A stretch of DNA of 64,000 nt from NCBI GenBank assembly GCA_951406725.2, contig OX597820.1:81840001-81904000 (forward strand). The letters run 5' to 3'. The position numbers and the translations under genes were made by a program. A model generated the notes under the pieces. The model had not been told where the DNA came from, ran no database searches, and saw nothing but the letters and a program-made list of their open reading frames with translations. Below are positions 24,675-37,177 of the stretch, in pieces (the first letter of the stretch is position 1; every line of letters begins with the position of its first letter). The stretch comes from Octopus vulgaris (Eukaryota).

Positions 24675-24870
24675 TTCTTTTACTTGTCATTTGCTGAAAC
24701 ACCGCCTTGAAAAGTTGTAGTCAAACAGATCGACCGCAGGACGTTTTTTTTAAAGTTTAATAATTATTCTATCATGCTTTTGCCGAACTGCTAAGTTACG
24801 GGGACTTAAACACACCAACAGCGGTTGTCAAGCGGTGGTGGTGACAAATACAGACACAAACACACACGCA
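24675..24870 (-). mobile_element. SINE family B 3' part
   Basis: GCCGAAC.GCTAAGTTACGGGGAC..CGGTTGTCAAGCG. Confidence 0.75.
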
Positions 24871-24878
24871 CACATATA

Positions 24879-25325
24879 CAGTACATCACAGAAGTATGTA
24901 CACCCCTAAAAGATTTCAATGAAATTGCCATGACTTATAATATCGAAGGAAATCAAGCGAACTTTATACTAAATAAAGTATATTATGCTTGCAAACATTA
25001 TACAAATTTGGAACACAAAACAATAAACATTTTCAAATGAACGAAATATTAATTTTCAAATGCTGCAAAAATTTGTATACCCTAAAAGATTATTTGCTAT
25101 ATTCAATATTTAGTGTGACTGCCCTTGCTTTCAATGACTGCATTAACTCTTCTGGGCATAGAGTCAACTAAATTTCCGCATATAACCGATGAAATTGACC
25201 TCCCTTCATCCTGAATGATGTCTTTCAATAAACTGTGTTACATTGCGCTTTTTTTTTTTACCTCAATTTCCTTTTCAAGACACCCCACAGATATTCTATT
25301 GGGTTTCGGCAAATTCACATGATCT
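24879..25325 (-). mobile_element. Tc1 (DD34E-type) transposon 3' end with long IR/DR terminal repeat
   Basis: Minus-strand NPIEYLWGVLKR..LVDSMPRRVNAVIESKGSHTKY* (stop at 25103-25105); TA|CAGT end; direct repeat TGTA.ACCC(C)TAAAAGATT at ~24897 and ~25074. Confidence 0.85.
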
Positions 25326-26201
25326 GACTTTTTACCTTATAACTTTCGGGAAGATGGGTATCTCTTAATGAAGATTTATACAAATCCCTTTCAAACGTCA
25401 CAGATTACGATTATAAAGAAACTCGTTTTTTGTAAATCACAGCCTTCGAAATGTGGGGTTGTGGGGGCACCTTTGTATGAAAAATGTTTTGAAAACTTTT
25501 TTACACTCCCTCCCTCATCATCCCACCACGGACCTAATTTAGCCAATTTTTTTTGCACTTCAAAACCATGGGCAGAGCACTTTCGGTAAAAAAAATTTTT
25601 TTAGAGATTGTTAACATTTTCAGAGCGAAAAGTGAGAGATTTAAAGGCGATTTGGCTGTTGTTTCTAGCACATCCAAAGACAACCCTCCTCGTTTTTTTA
25701 TCACTCTCGCATGTATTGATGTTTTTCAATATTTTCTCCCCATAAATACATGTATATGGTATAAAAAAAGGAAATTTGAGAAATTATTAATTTTTTGCAA
25801 CCCCCCTGCCTACCCCCGATTGTTTCTGATTAGAAATTAAAATAATGGAGATCCTCAGAATGTCATTGCTGGGATTTATTCACAGTGATTTTAAAAAGGT
25901 TACGAAGATGTACTTGCATAGCAAGGGACTTGATTTCAGATCGTGTACTGAAATAAAAACAATTTCAGCGTAGAAGATGCTTCTAAGCCATCCAAGAACA
26001 CACAACAATCATCACTTTCACTTCAACATTAAAATTTCATTTGCACCAAAATATTTTCGTTGCTTTGAAGCGTTACTTTGACAAAACTTCACAAAAGTGA
26101 TGCAGCCCGAAGGTTTGTCAGTGAACAGCGCGCGCGCACACACACAGACACACATAATATATATATATATACTATTATTATTACACACATACACACACAC
26201 G

Positions 26202-26236
<35 letters not shown>

Positions 26237-26492
26237 GTATATATAATGATAAGATGAGGGAATATTATTCCAAACTTACAGGGAAAAATTCAATTTAGAA
26301 ATACTAAATCAAATTTCACAAAATAATATATATCAATTAGCAACAAACCACCTTTTATCAATTCAACAATGAAAAAATTAAATCATACCATTTAGAAAAA
26401 ATTACATTTTATTGAAAAATTAAATATAAGATAACGCATATACCAATGATTAAGTAATGTGCAAAATAATAAAACGTATATATTTGGTAGAA

Positions 26493-26546
26493 TAACTACA
26501 CGTGTTTCGTGGCTATATTTAAGAAATATAGTCACTCTTCAGGTTA
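26493..26546 (-). ncRNA. Minimal type I hammerhead ribozyme, apparently intact
   Basis: UAAC-CUGAAGA-GUGACUAUAUUU(CUU)AAAUAUAGCCAC-GAAA-CACGUG-UA-GUUA: stem I 4 bp, stem II 11/12 bp, palindromic stem III, GUA site. Confidence 0.85.
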
Positions 26547-27933
26547 AAGATAAAAACAATAAAATAATTAATTAAATAAATTAATAAATATACGTATATA
26601 ATCTTATAAAATGCGAAATATCTTAACAAATATATTCTTGTGTAAATAAAAAATAGAATAAAGAGGTATAAATATTTATTGTATCTATAAAAATAAAAAA
26701 TTTAATATATATAAGAAAAGAATAACAAGCAATAATGCATCATTACTAGAAAATAAAATACAATTAATTAAATTATTTAAAACAAATAAATATTTATATA
26801 TATAATACAAAATATACATTAAGTGAAAACTTAAATACTATAATTTAATCTATATACATTAAATTAAATTATTAATTAATGTATTTATTTATTTAATAAA
26901 CATCTAAATTAAATCTTATTCTCATTAAGTAATGTATATATACTAAAAAACATGTTAAGTAATATACATAATGCTAGTACAGACTATAGATATTAGAATT
27001 AAAAATAGAAAATGGTTCAAATACATACACACCTATTACATAAACTAACTATATTATTAATATATATGTAGTATCTATAGATTTAATATTTTACTCAATT
27101 ATATAGTTGACCAAAGTATCAATTAATATTAAACTTATTTACTTAAATGTAATATTACGTAATAAATAGACCACCTAACTATTAAATAATATATTGTCTT
27201 ACAAAACTATTTCTCAAATTAAATTATATGTATTACGTAAAATCACATTATAAAAATAATAATAAACATAATAAATAAATAGATATATATATCGTAACAA
27301 ATAACTATCAAGAAATAACATATAAATTAATATTTCAACAGCAATAATAATAATAATCAAACATAATACAATTCAAAAGTTCAATAATATTGTTGAATAA
27401 AAAACGTTACTTATCTCGTCGATGAATATTATGTAACTGAATTTTAAACGTAAATATCTTAGCGTTTATAAGAAATTAAACTCGTGAAGAAGTTGTGTAA
27501 AGAGATAGAATAAAATTATCAATGAAAATGACGAAATATATTTATTAATGAAAGAGACGAAAAATATATAAATATTATATATAAAAGTATTATACACACA
27601 CACATACACACACATATGTATATATATATACATACATATACACATATACATATATATATGTATATATATATGTGTGTATATATATATGTGTATGTATATA
27701 TATATATGTATATGTAATGCTAATGCATATACTAAAAAGTAATATATACAGCTAGGCGCAATGTGATACAATAAAGGAAAAATTTAAACATCACTAAGTG
27801 CAGCTAATAATGCGGAGGTACCTACATTGCTAGAAAAAGGAGTGTCAAAATACTCTTAATGCAGTAGGAAGTCTGCGACATGTATGGAAACATGCTGACA
27901 GGGGAGGTAACCGCTCTATGACCATCGCGAGCA

Positions 27934-27984
27934 TCCCCATACTAGATCTAGTTTCGCCTATACAGTAGGCATCATCAGTGAGGA
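27934..27984 (-). ncRNA. Minimal type I hammerhead ribozyme, apparently intact
   Basis: UCCUCA-CUGAUGA-U-GCCUA(CUGUA)UAGGC-GAAA-CUAGAUCUAG-UA-UGGGGA: stem I 6 bp (one G-U), palindromic stem III, GUA site. Confidence 0.85.
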
Positions 27985-28374
27985 CTGCTGAAACTGCTTA
28001 TGATTGGCTAATTCAAATGCCATCATGAATAGTGTCGCATTGTGCCTGGATGTTTATATTAATTTTGAGTATATATAAAATAGTATTAATTAATAGGAGA
28101 TGGATTTCGTATTAGACCTAAACTGTACTCCTGTGTTAGTGCGTCATGCAAGATCTTGGCTATCGCAGCATTCTAGAATCGAAAGGAGATCTGTAAGAAT
28201 TCGGTTGATATCACGGAGAGCACTAAACGACTCCAAGGTAAGATCCAGAAGGTTTAAGATCCAGATAAGTCCCGCAGAGTGAGTAATAAAAGTAATAAAT
28301 TAAATGAGGAAAGGGAAAATGAAATTGACATTACAATTGTTTCTGTAAACGGAAAATATTTTTATTCGATATAA

Positions 28375-28800
28375 GTGGTCAGAAGTATGCTTCCCAACTA
28401 TATGGTCTGGGTTCATTTCCACTGCGTGGAATCTTGGACAAGTATCCTCTACAATAGCGTCGGCCAATCAAAGCCTTGTGAGTAGATTTGGCAGACGGAA
28501 ATTGAAAGAAGTCCGTCGTAGATGAGCATTTGTGTGTAATGTGTGTTTGTGCGTGTGTGTTTGTGTGTGTGCGTGCGTGTGTGTTCGTGCGAGTGTTTGT
28601 GCCCCGCCACCGCTCGACAACTGCAGTTGGCTTGCTTATGTCCTCGTAATTTAGTGGGTCAGTAAATGGGACCGATAGAGTAAGTACCAGGCTTTAAGAA
28701 AAAGTACTGTGGTCGATTCATTCGATTAAAATTCTTCGAGGTCATGTCTCAGCATGGTTGCAGACTAATGACTGAAACAAGTGAAAGAGAAAAGAATAAA
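28375..28800 (+). mobile_element. SINE family B, diverged
   Basis: GGGTTCATTTCCACTGCGTGG..CTTGGACAAGT..AAAGCCTTGTGAGT..CAGCATGG..GACTGAAACAAG. Confidence 0.8.
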
Positions 28801-29253
28801 CGCATTTCATGCAATGTTATTCAATTTCGTACAATGTTATGTAATCCATGACATAATATACGAAATTTTTTATTAATAATCCGACAGTCCATTAGCTTAC
28901 TCAGATGTAATTTCAAGGTATGGTCGACCAAATGAATGACCTGAGATGAGTTCATTTGGGCGTTTTACAATTTGTAAATACACGGGTCTATTTACATAGT
29001 GTTACACCCAAATGAACTCTCTCTCTTTCTCTCTCCCTCTCTATCTATCTATTTATTTATCTATCTATCTATATTGTGATTACAATCTTCAAAGCGTTAA
29101 CAGTAATTTGGTCTTAGTTAAAACGCTTAGAATGAACTGTGATTTTAATGATTTAAAATTCATCCCAGTTTCCGTAAGTGCAAAATCCTGTAACTCAGGT
29201 AGCTGTAAAATGAGGCCTTCCTCTATATTTGTATATATACATTTATATATATG

Positions 29254-29296
<43 letters not shown>

Positions 29297-29355
29297 GTAC
29301 TTAGCTCTCTTGAGAGTTTCTTACCACTATATGTGTGTGTGTATATGTATATATA

Positions 29356-29406
<51 letters not shown>

Positions 29407-30149
29407 GAAAATACCTATATATGTTGTATACAAATTATTATAGTATTTATATACACATGTAAGTGTATATATATATACATAAGCATGTATAAATATATAT
29501 ATATATATACATAAATATGTATACATATATATATGTATGTATGTGTCTGTATATATATACATGGATATATATACATAACTGAGATCAGCTGCTGCTACAG
29601 ACTAGCTAAGTTCTCATAGTTAAGACGTTTGTACCACATGTCACCAAGACAACTAAGCAGGTGCACCAATGTATAAGATTGTAATTATACCAACAAATAT
29701 TCCATTTCGATTTAGAAGACTTCATTTTCCAGAGCACATAAGTTTTACCTTGTTAGTCAATAAATCTCAACAGCAAACAATGGCAGTTGCTGGACTACAT
29801 CTTGAAGAATACTACATTGCTAATGGCCACCTAAGTACGATGCTTAATTTGCATTACGTATTGTGAGGTTTTCACTCGATAGCTTTTACAGTTCCCAATC
29901 ATATCAAGCTGAGTCTCATCACAGCTCTTTATATCCTTTCTTTACCTTTGTTTGTGTATGTCTGTGTGAGTGTATGTGTATATTTATTTATTTATTATTT
30001 TTATTTTATCTAGTTTCAGCTCACGAGCTATGGCCATGCTGGGGCACCGCCATTTTTTTAATAATGATTTTATTTTCTCCAGTCTGTATTGACATACATA
30101 TTTATAATTTCCAAATGCTTTTCTAAAACAGTTTCTCTCAAATAAGAGC

Positions 30150-31420
30150 AGATTTTTAGCCTGAATGTTGAGGACTCAAAGAAAATATAAGCCATCTCTG
30201 TTTTTTTAATGGCGTATAATTCAAGTGATTTCTTCATAGGAGACCATCAACGAGTAAATACTTGTCATTATTGATTTTAATCTTTTAAAAACCACTTTTC
30301 CTTTCTTTCTGCTAAACCACTTCTGCAATATACTTCCTTAAATTACTTGCTTCTGCTTCTGCAGAGCCTTCTACTTTTATCAGTCCTTGTACTTCACTCC
30401 TTCGGTTGAAATATGCTGGAAGGTGTAAGGTTCTGAAGATTGTAAATTATTTCTTTGTTTTTCTGTAAGTTCTCAGTACCTTCGTTTGTCCATTTGAGTA
30501 TTCTGACGGTGTATTTGATGGTATATACCACGTGTACCTTTTATTTGGATTTTAGTAGTTTCCACCTTGATATTGTCCTTCATTATTCTAACATTTATGC
30601 CATCAGCTTCAAAGGTATTTATGCACACTATCTGTATCAATCTCACCTATATGTGCAGTAGATTTATTCCGTCACTTTTATAGTATTTCTCTTCCTTCGT
30701 ATATCGTATATGTGAGTCAAATATATCATTGTAAAACAATGATAAGGTGTTATACGTGTACCTCAAACATAACAGTTGGTCATGAAGTTTACATCTTTCT
30801 TGTTTGCAGACAAATTTCCAATTACATCATTCATCCGAAGTTTGTTCAGCAACATGTATGTTAATATTTGTTAAATGTAAGAAGTAAAATTTCTATAGAG
30901 CAGAGGCTTATATTCTCCTCTACATATGATACACAACTAAAACGAATTAATAGAGTGCAAAGTAAACTGGTCAATAATAGATATATGAATAATTTAGTAC
31001 ACAAATCTTTTGAACAATAATATCAAGTATAAACTTACCCACACTGAGTACTATTGCTTACATGTTCGAGCAGCAGCCTATAAGCATAATTTGAAAACTC
31101 TTATACTGATGCCAGTACATGTTTTACGTAACTTACTGCCCAGATCTTTGCGGACTGCAAAGCTATCACCATGTATATCGCTCTGTTCTCAACGCTTTTT
31201 CCAATCAAATAAATATATATCCAACACCATATTCTTTGTGTTATCCCTCATCTACTAAAATGTCGAGATGAAGCGTAGCAATTCTCTAGAAACGAGTGGC
31301 AATTCTGAACGAAAACTTTTCGCTTGGCATTAAGAGCCTGAATATTTTAAGATGCAAAATTTATTACGTGTTGCAGATATTCAGACGGAGAAACCGAAAA
31401 GGGCCATGTTTGAGACATCT
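30150..31420 (-). mobile_element. Decayed RTE-clade LINE, apurinic endonuclease region
   Basis: Minus remnants VSRELLRF.LDI, YIFI*LEK, IHGDSFAVRKDL (HGVGFAV-like), PNKRYTW; many stops and frameshifts. Confidence 0.55.
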
Positions 31421-31961
31421 TCTTACAATCTTTGTTCAAATAAAATTGATAAGAGAGAGTCGATGAGAACAATTAGAGGTACCAAACTGTTACAACCATC
31501 ATCTGCCTACACGGCCGATGAAGGTATGTGATCCTCTTTCACCTATTCCGTTGGTCTTTACATTTCACTGTAAACCCTGACAAGTGAAATTGTTAACACT
31601 TGTCTTTCGTGCCGCCTGGAATGTCAGGAGGAAAGGGGTGACGTAATGTCACTTTCTACAGGTACATTCCAGTGTACTACTTCGTAACGAAAGATGTAAA
31701 TGTACGTATACACATACATAAACATTCAAACAAGCATGTACATACCAGGCACACACGCATACCCACACTCTTGAAAAGACACACACACACACGTACGTCT
31801 GTATGTATGTATGTACATATATCTATATATGTATATATGTATGTGTGTGTGTGTGCATAGGCAAATAAAAATAAAAATAAAAATAAGAATACAAACAACA
31901 AAAGCCAAAATGACGTACACAATGAATGTATTAGGTTGACGTTCAGTTTAAGAGAAAAAAA

Positions 31962-31994
31962 TGTGACGTTTCGAGCATGGCTCTTCGTCAGAAA
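31962..31994 (-). ncRNA. Minimal hammerhead motif with weak stem I
   Basis: CUGACGA-A-GAGC(CAU)GCUC-GAAA-CG-UC; same type as 62753-62787. Confidence 0.65.
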
Positions 31995-32706
31995 GAAGAA
32001 AGAGGAAGCATTCGGAAAGAGGGAAAAGAATAGTCCGAGAAAAGCTCGTTTATGGGCACATGATTGAAGTGAGAGATCACGCTAACCTGTCGCCTCTCAC
32101 TGCAATACAACAGATAGTTCCATCATACACTAAACAGTGGGTGGCATTTCTGCACTTCCTGGATCCACATATTAAAAAAATGGGGCTAACAACGCTTCGT
32201 ATTCGAACTTGCTACCACGTGACCGACACATTTAAAGGAAAGTTTCCATTTTAATCCTACACCTCCTTTAGTTCAGTAAGCCTTTTTTTACACTTCAACT
32301 CCACTCCCACCTCGATTTTCCTTTTCATCCCACTCTCAACTTTGCTCATTTCCTCCTCTTCTTGCTCCTCCTCCTCCTCCTCCTCCTCCTCCTTCCCTCT
32401 CCCCTTCTTCTGTTCCTCTTTCCTTCTAATTCTTTCGCCCAGTTTTTCTCTCTTACCATGTCCTATCCTCGTATGAAGCTCCTGCGGTCCTGCGATCTTT
32501 ATCACATGCAGCCAGATTTTCTAACTTAGAAGACGTAAAATTTTACTGTTGCTCTGTAATTTCTCCTCTGTCAACTTTCCCCTGAAGAAAAACTTCAAAA
32601 TATTGGATTCTCACTCTTCACAACAAGTTCACTATATACTTTTTGTCGATTTACGAAAAAATACAAGTATTGCTGACGCAGACCAACAGCAGTTTCTTTG
32701 GAGTTT

Positions 32707-32766
<60 letters not shown>

Positions 32767-32981
32767 GTATATGTGTGTGTGTATGTATATACATATATAT
32801 ATGTATGTGTCTATGTATGTATGTGTATATGAACATACATACATATGTATGTATATGAATATATGTATATATATATATATATGCTCGTGCATGTATGCAT
32901 ATACATATATGTGTGCATACATACATACTTATATATACGTATATATATACATATATATATATACATACATATATGCATACA

Positions 32982-33016
<35 letters not shown>

Positions 33017-33653
33017 GCTTATATAGTAATACTCATATGCGTAATAAACGCATACTTACACATGTCTAAGCTGAGGAGAAAGGAAGAAAGGTAGAGGGGA
33101 GGGGATTAAGGAATGGAGAAAAAGAGAGGTAGAAGAGATGGAATACAAGTTAAATTTTCACATGCATTCGTGCGAAAATATTGTCTAACAGCCCCCTCAC
33201 ACAAAGGTTAATATTTACTGAGTTTATTGTGTTGTGTATGTATGCGTCTATGAATGTGCCTGTATCTGTGTGTGAGCATATGTGCGTGTGAATGAGTGTG
33301 TGATACACCATATGTCTGTATGTTTAAGTTTTGTAGACACACACCCCTTCATAGATAGCTAGCTTTGTATATACACACATATATAAAGAAAGAGGCCTGT
33401 ATGCAGATATATACCTCGTCAAGGTGATTAAGTTGCATGTCTTGAGGTTCGTATGTACCTAGTTACAAGATATATATATATGCATGTGTGTGTGTGTATA
33501 TATATGTATATATATACACACCCACATGTATGTATATGTAAATATATGCACACACATGCATACTTGTATTCATATATATATATATATGTATATATATATG
33601 TATACATATACTTATATGTATATATATATGTGTGTGTGTTTTTGTATGTGTGT

Positions 33654-33734
<81 letters not shown>

Positions 33735-34199
33735 TACATGTATATTTGCATGCATGTGTACATGTAAGACGCATATACTACCATTGCAATCGGTCTTGAG
33801 TGAATCTGGTAGTAAACCCTGTAATCGAGAGCTGCTGGTACCATGTCTCTCAATGCAGAATTACAATAGTTGTGTGGTTGATGACATCTTAGAATATAGA
33901 CACTCTCTTGTGGTTTGCCCTGTTTATCTTCAGTATTATTGGTGTAAGTTGTTCTAGAACGTAGTATAAAACTTAGCAGTATTAAGTTACCGCCTTTTAC
34001 GTTCTGACTTCAAATTCAGGTAGTCACTTTTCACAGTTGATTTTCTACCGTTAATTAAATAGAGTAGCATATTGCCTATAATATGTACAATATGCCTATA
34101 ATCGGCTGATAAGCATTTTTTAAATCAATATATTGCTCTGTTCAAACGAATTAAAATTTCCTTTTTTTTTATTTCTTTCAGATCCCCAGTGGCAAATAA

Positions 34200-35470
34200 A
34201 ATGCTAACACAAGAAATGAAATGACATGCGGTCATTGTTGCGATATGTACGAAACACAACGATTTAGAAATTGCCAACTTTATAAATGTTGTGAGATCTT
34301 TTCTACACAAAGTTCAGATGGAGCTGAAAACTTCTGACAGTAATGTTTTAACTGTGTCAAAGAGAAAAATTCGGACTCTATAAGGACACTGCAATCAATG
34401 AGGTCCCTCGCAGCAGAACTTCATTGATGGATTGGATTGTCAGAACTGCAGGGCACGAAATTATTCAATACAAGCACTGAGAGGCCAATTCACGCTTGCA
34501 AAGATACAGTAAAACTATTTGATGCAAGCCAAGAGTTTACTTAACATGGTTAAAAACCCTCGTATGCTGTCGTTCTCCTCCGATGAGAGAAACTTCGACC
34601 ATATCCAAAAGTCTAATAGGAGGAATAACAGATCGTTATGTGAAGATAATGCTGTCAAGATCAACATGCTCTAATTGATTTAGCTAACCATGTTTGCATA
34701 CTGATCTGATATTAATGTCCTTACTTTTAAGGAATTCATTTTTATCTGTTCACATTTATTTATTCGGTCTAGTTCCAATAATGATCTACCATAGACCCCA
34801 TGAAACTTTAAAGTCTTTCGTATTTTGTTTTCAGTTATGTAATTGTTTTTTTTAATATTAATTTAGCCCATTCTTATATATTTACATCTATGTTTTTATT
34901 TGTCCATATTTTTATAGTGGCTCCATTCTTTACCGCACGTTCCTAAATTATGTCGCCAAAATGTTACTATTGCTTCTTTTTGATATTCCCTCTTTTTTGT
35001 TTAATAGATCCTCTTTGATTCCCTATCTCTACTCCACATTCTTCAAACTTAGATTTACAACCTGTCCCTGATGGCAGATGGTTGTGTACAGATCCTTCTG
35101 TTGTCCATCAACAAAGCTCCCACAGCTATGGTTGTTTTTGGAGTGGTGAGTAACGAGGATGATATAATTCCACTGCACAATTTTCCACAAGGTCTTAGAA
35201 TTAATGCTACTGGATATGTGTTGGTACTAGAGACAATTGCCACACCCTGGATAGATAAAATATACAGTGGAATCTCATGTGTTTCCACAAGCTTCAGACA
35301 ATCTTTATGACTATGTAACACCATACTTGTTACATCCAAATTCGCCAACTCCCATGGGATTTAAATCTACATTCGGTGTGTTATTGAAAGAAAAACAATT
35401 CATCATTCTCACAATATGATGGCTTCACTTGAAGGTCGCCATTGTCCAGGTGATGCCTCAAATGTGGGAG
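34200..35470 (+). mobile_element. Decayed Tc1/mariner transposase, maT/DD37D-like, split by an insertion
   Basis: HTH HAVIVAI..HNDLEIANFINV.RSFL; FSSDERNFD..KSNRRNNR; VFGVVSNEDDIIPLHNFPQGLRINATGYVLVLE...PWI. Confidence 0.7.
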
Positions 35471-36939
35471 GAACAATTAGTGCAGATAATTACGAATGAA
35501 GATGTGAATAAAAGAAAAGGAGAAGAGAATGTGAAGTGAAAAGGAAAATATATATTTGTAAAAAGTGGAGAAGCAGAAAATGGGAGAAAAAATATGTGCT
35601 TGAGCAATAACAATCGTCATAAATATAGTAGTCATAGCAGTAATTACAGCAAGTTATAGTAAAATTAATAATATTAACAACAACAATAATGAGATGATAA
35701 TGATAATGACTGTAATAAAAAGAAGAGGAAGAGGAGAATGAGGAAAAAGAAGAACAATATTCGTCGGAATGGCAATTTTATCTGAACTATGATAAAAAAA
35801 AATGTCTATGTAGAAGACAGGAGAACTACATTTCAATTGGACGTTGCTTGCGATATGTTGTCGATCATCTATGATAAATACTAACATTCGATCAAAATGT
35901 ACATACAGTTTTCTATTGAATTTAAGAGGCGCTACTTGGCGCATGATAGTTGGTTCTATGACATTAAACATAAACCTTTTGCTTCATTGGCAAATTATAT
36001 CCATCATCTCAAAGCTAATATTTACTTTGACATCTCCTCGTTGATAATGAAGATTGTAAGACTTTATCAGACTGATTGCACTACATGTAGTTTGTACGGC
36101 AGAGAATCCCTTGAGGTAGTGCGTGAGAATCAAAATTTTCTTAATAAATAGTATGACCTAATAACAAACGGCGGACATAAATTTTTCAAAAGCTTTTCCT
36201 CTTATCATAGATCGACATGCGCTAATCGATTGAGTGACTATATGCTTGCATTCTTATCTCAAATTCTTGACCTTACTTTTGTGTTTCACTTTTATCTGTC
36301 CATATGTATTTACTTAGCCTAGTTAGAATTATGACATACCTTAATCCGAATGTCATTTTGAATTCTTTCAAATTTTTGTTTACTGTTATGCAATTGTTTA
36401 TCTTTATATTTCCTCCATCCTTATATATATTAACCTCTTTTTTCTATTCCGCTGTATTTTTTTAGTGGCTCCGTTCTTATCCACACGATTGGACACTTTC
36501 CTAAATCATGACGCTAAAATGTTGTACTACCTCTTTTACACAACAGAGCGCTTTTTTTATTGTTTTTCCTTCCCTTGTTTTCATCGATTCCCTTTGATCT
36601 CCCCTCTCTACCTTAAATTCTTCAAATTAGGTTTACAACCTATTCTTGAGAGTTAAGCTTCTCAAACTGACAATTTGTCTTTCATTCTTTTTACTTTCTT
36701 TTTCATTTTCCTCTTTATTCTTTTTCCATACCCCTTTTCCCCACCAATCTTCCCCACTTTTTACTAATATACTTTTGCTTTTGACTTCGTGTTCTTTTCC
36801 CCGTTCTACTATTAATTATCCCCTTCTTCCACGGTCTTTTTATTGATGATTGTATTATCATAAATATGTGGCCTATTACAATCGCATTCACACTTACCAC
36901 CCATTCTTTCAACATTCGGCATTTCTAGATTGAAGATAT

Positions 36940-37177
36940 TGGTTTCAAATGTTGGCACAATGCCAGCAAGCTCGGGCTGGGGGAAGTCGATTACATCAAC
37001 CCCAGTGTTCAACTGTTACTTATTTTATCGACCCCAAAATGATAAAAGGCAAAGTCAACATCGGCAGAACTTGAACTTAAAACGTGAAATGCTGCTAAGC
37101 AGTATGAACTGAAAACAGCCGAAATGCCACAAAGCATTTTGAATAGCGTGCTAATGATTCTTGCAGCTCGTCGCCTT
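36940..37177 (-). mobile_element. SINE family A copy
   Basis: Family A motifs, diverged. Confidence 0.75.
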
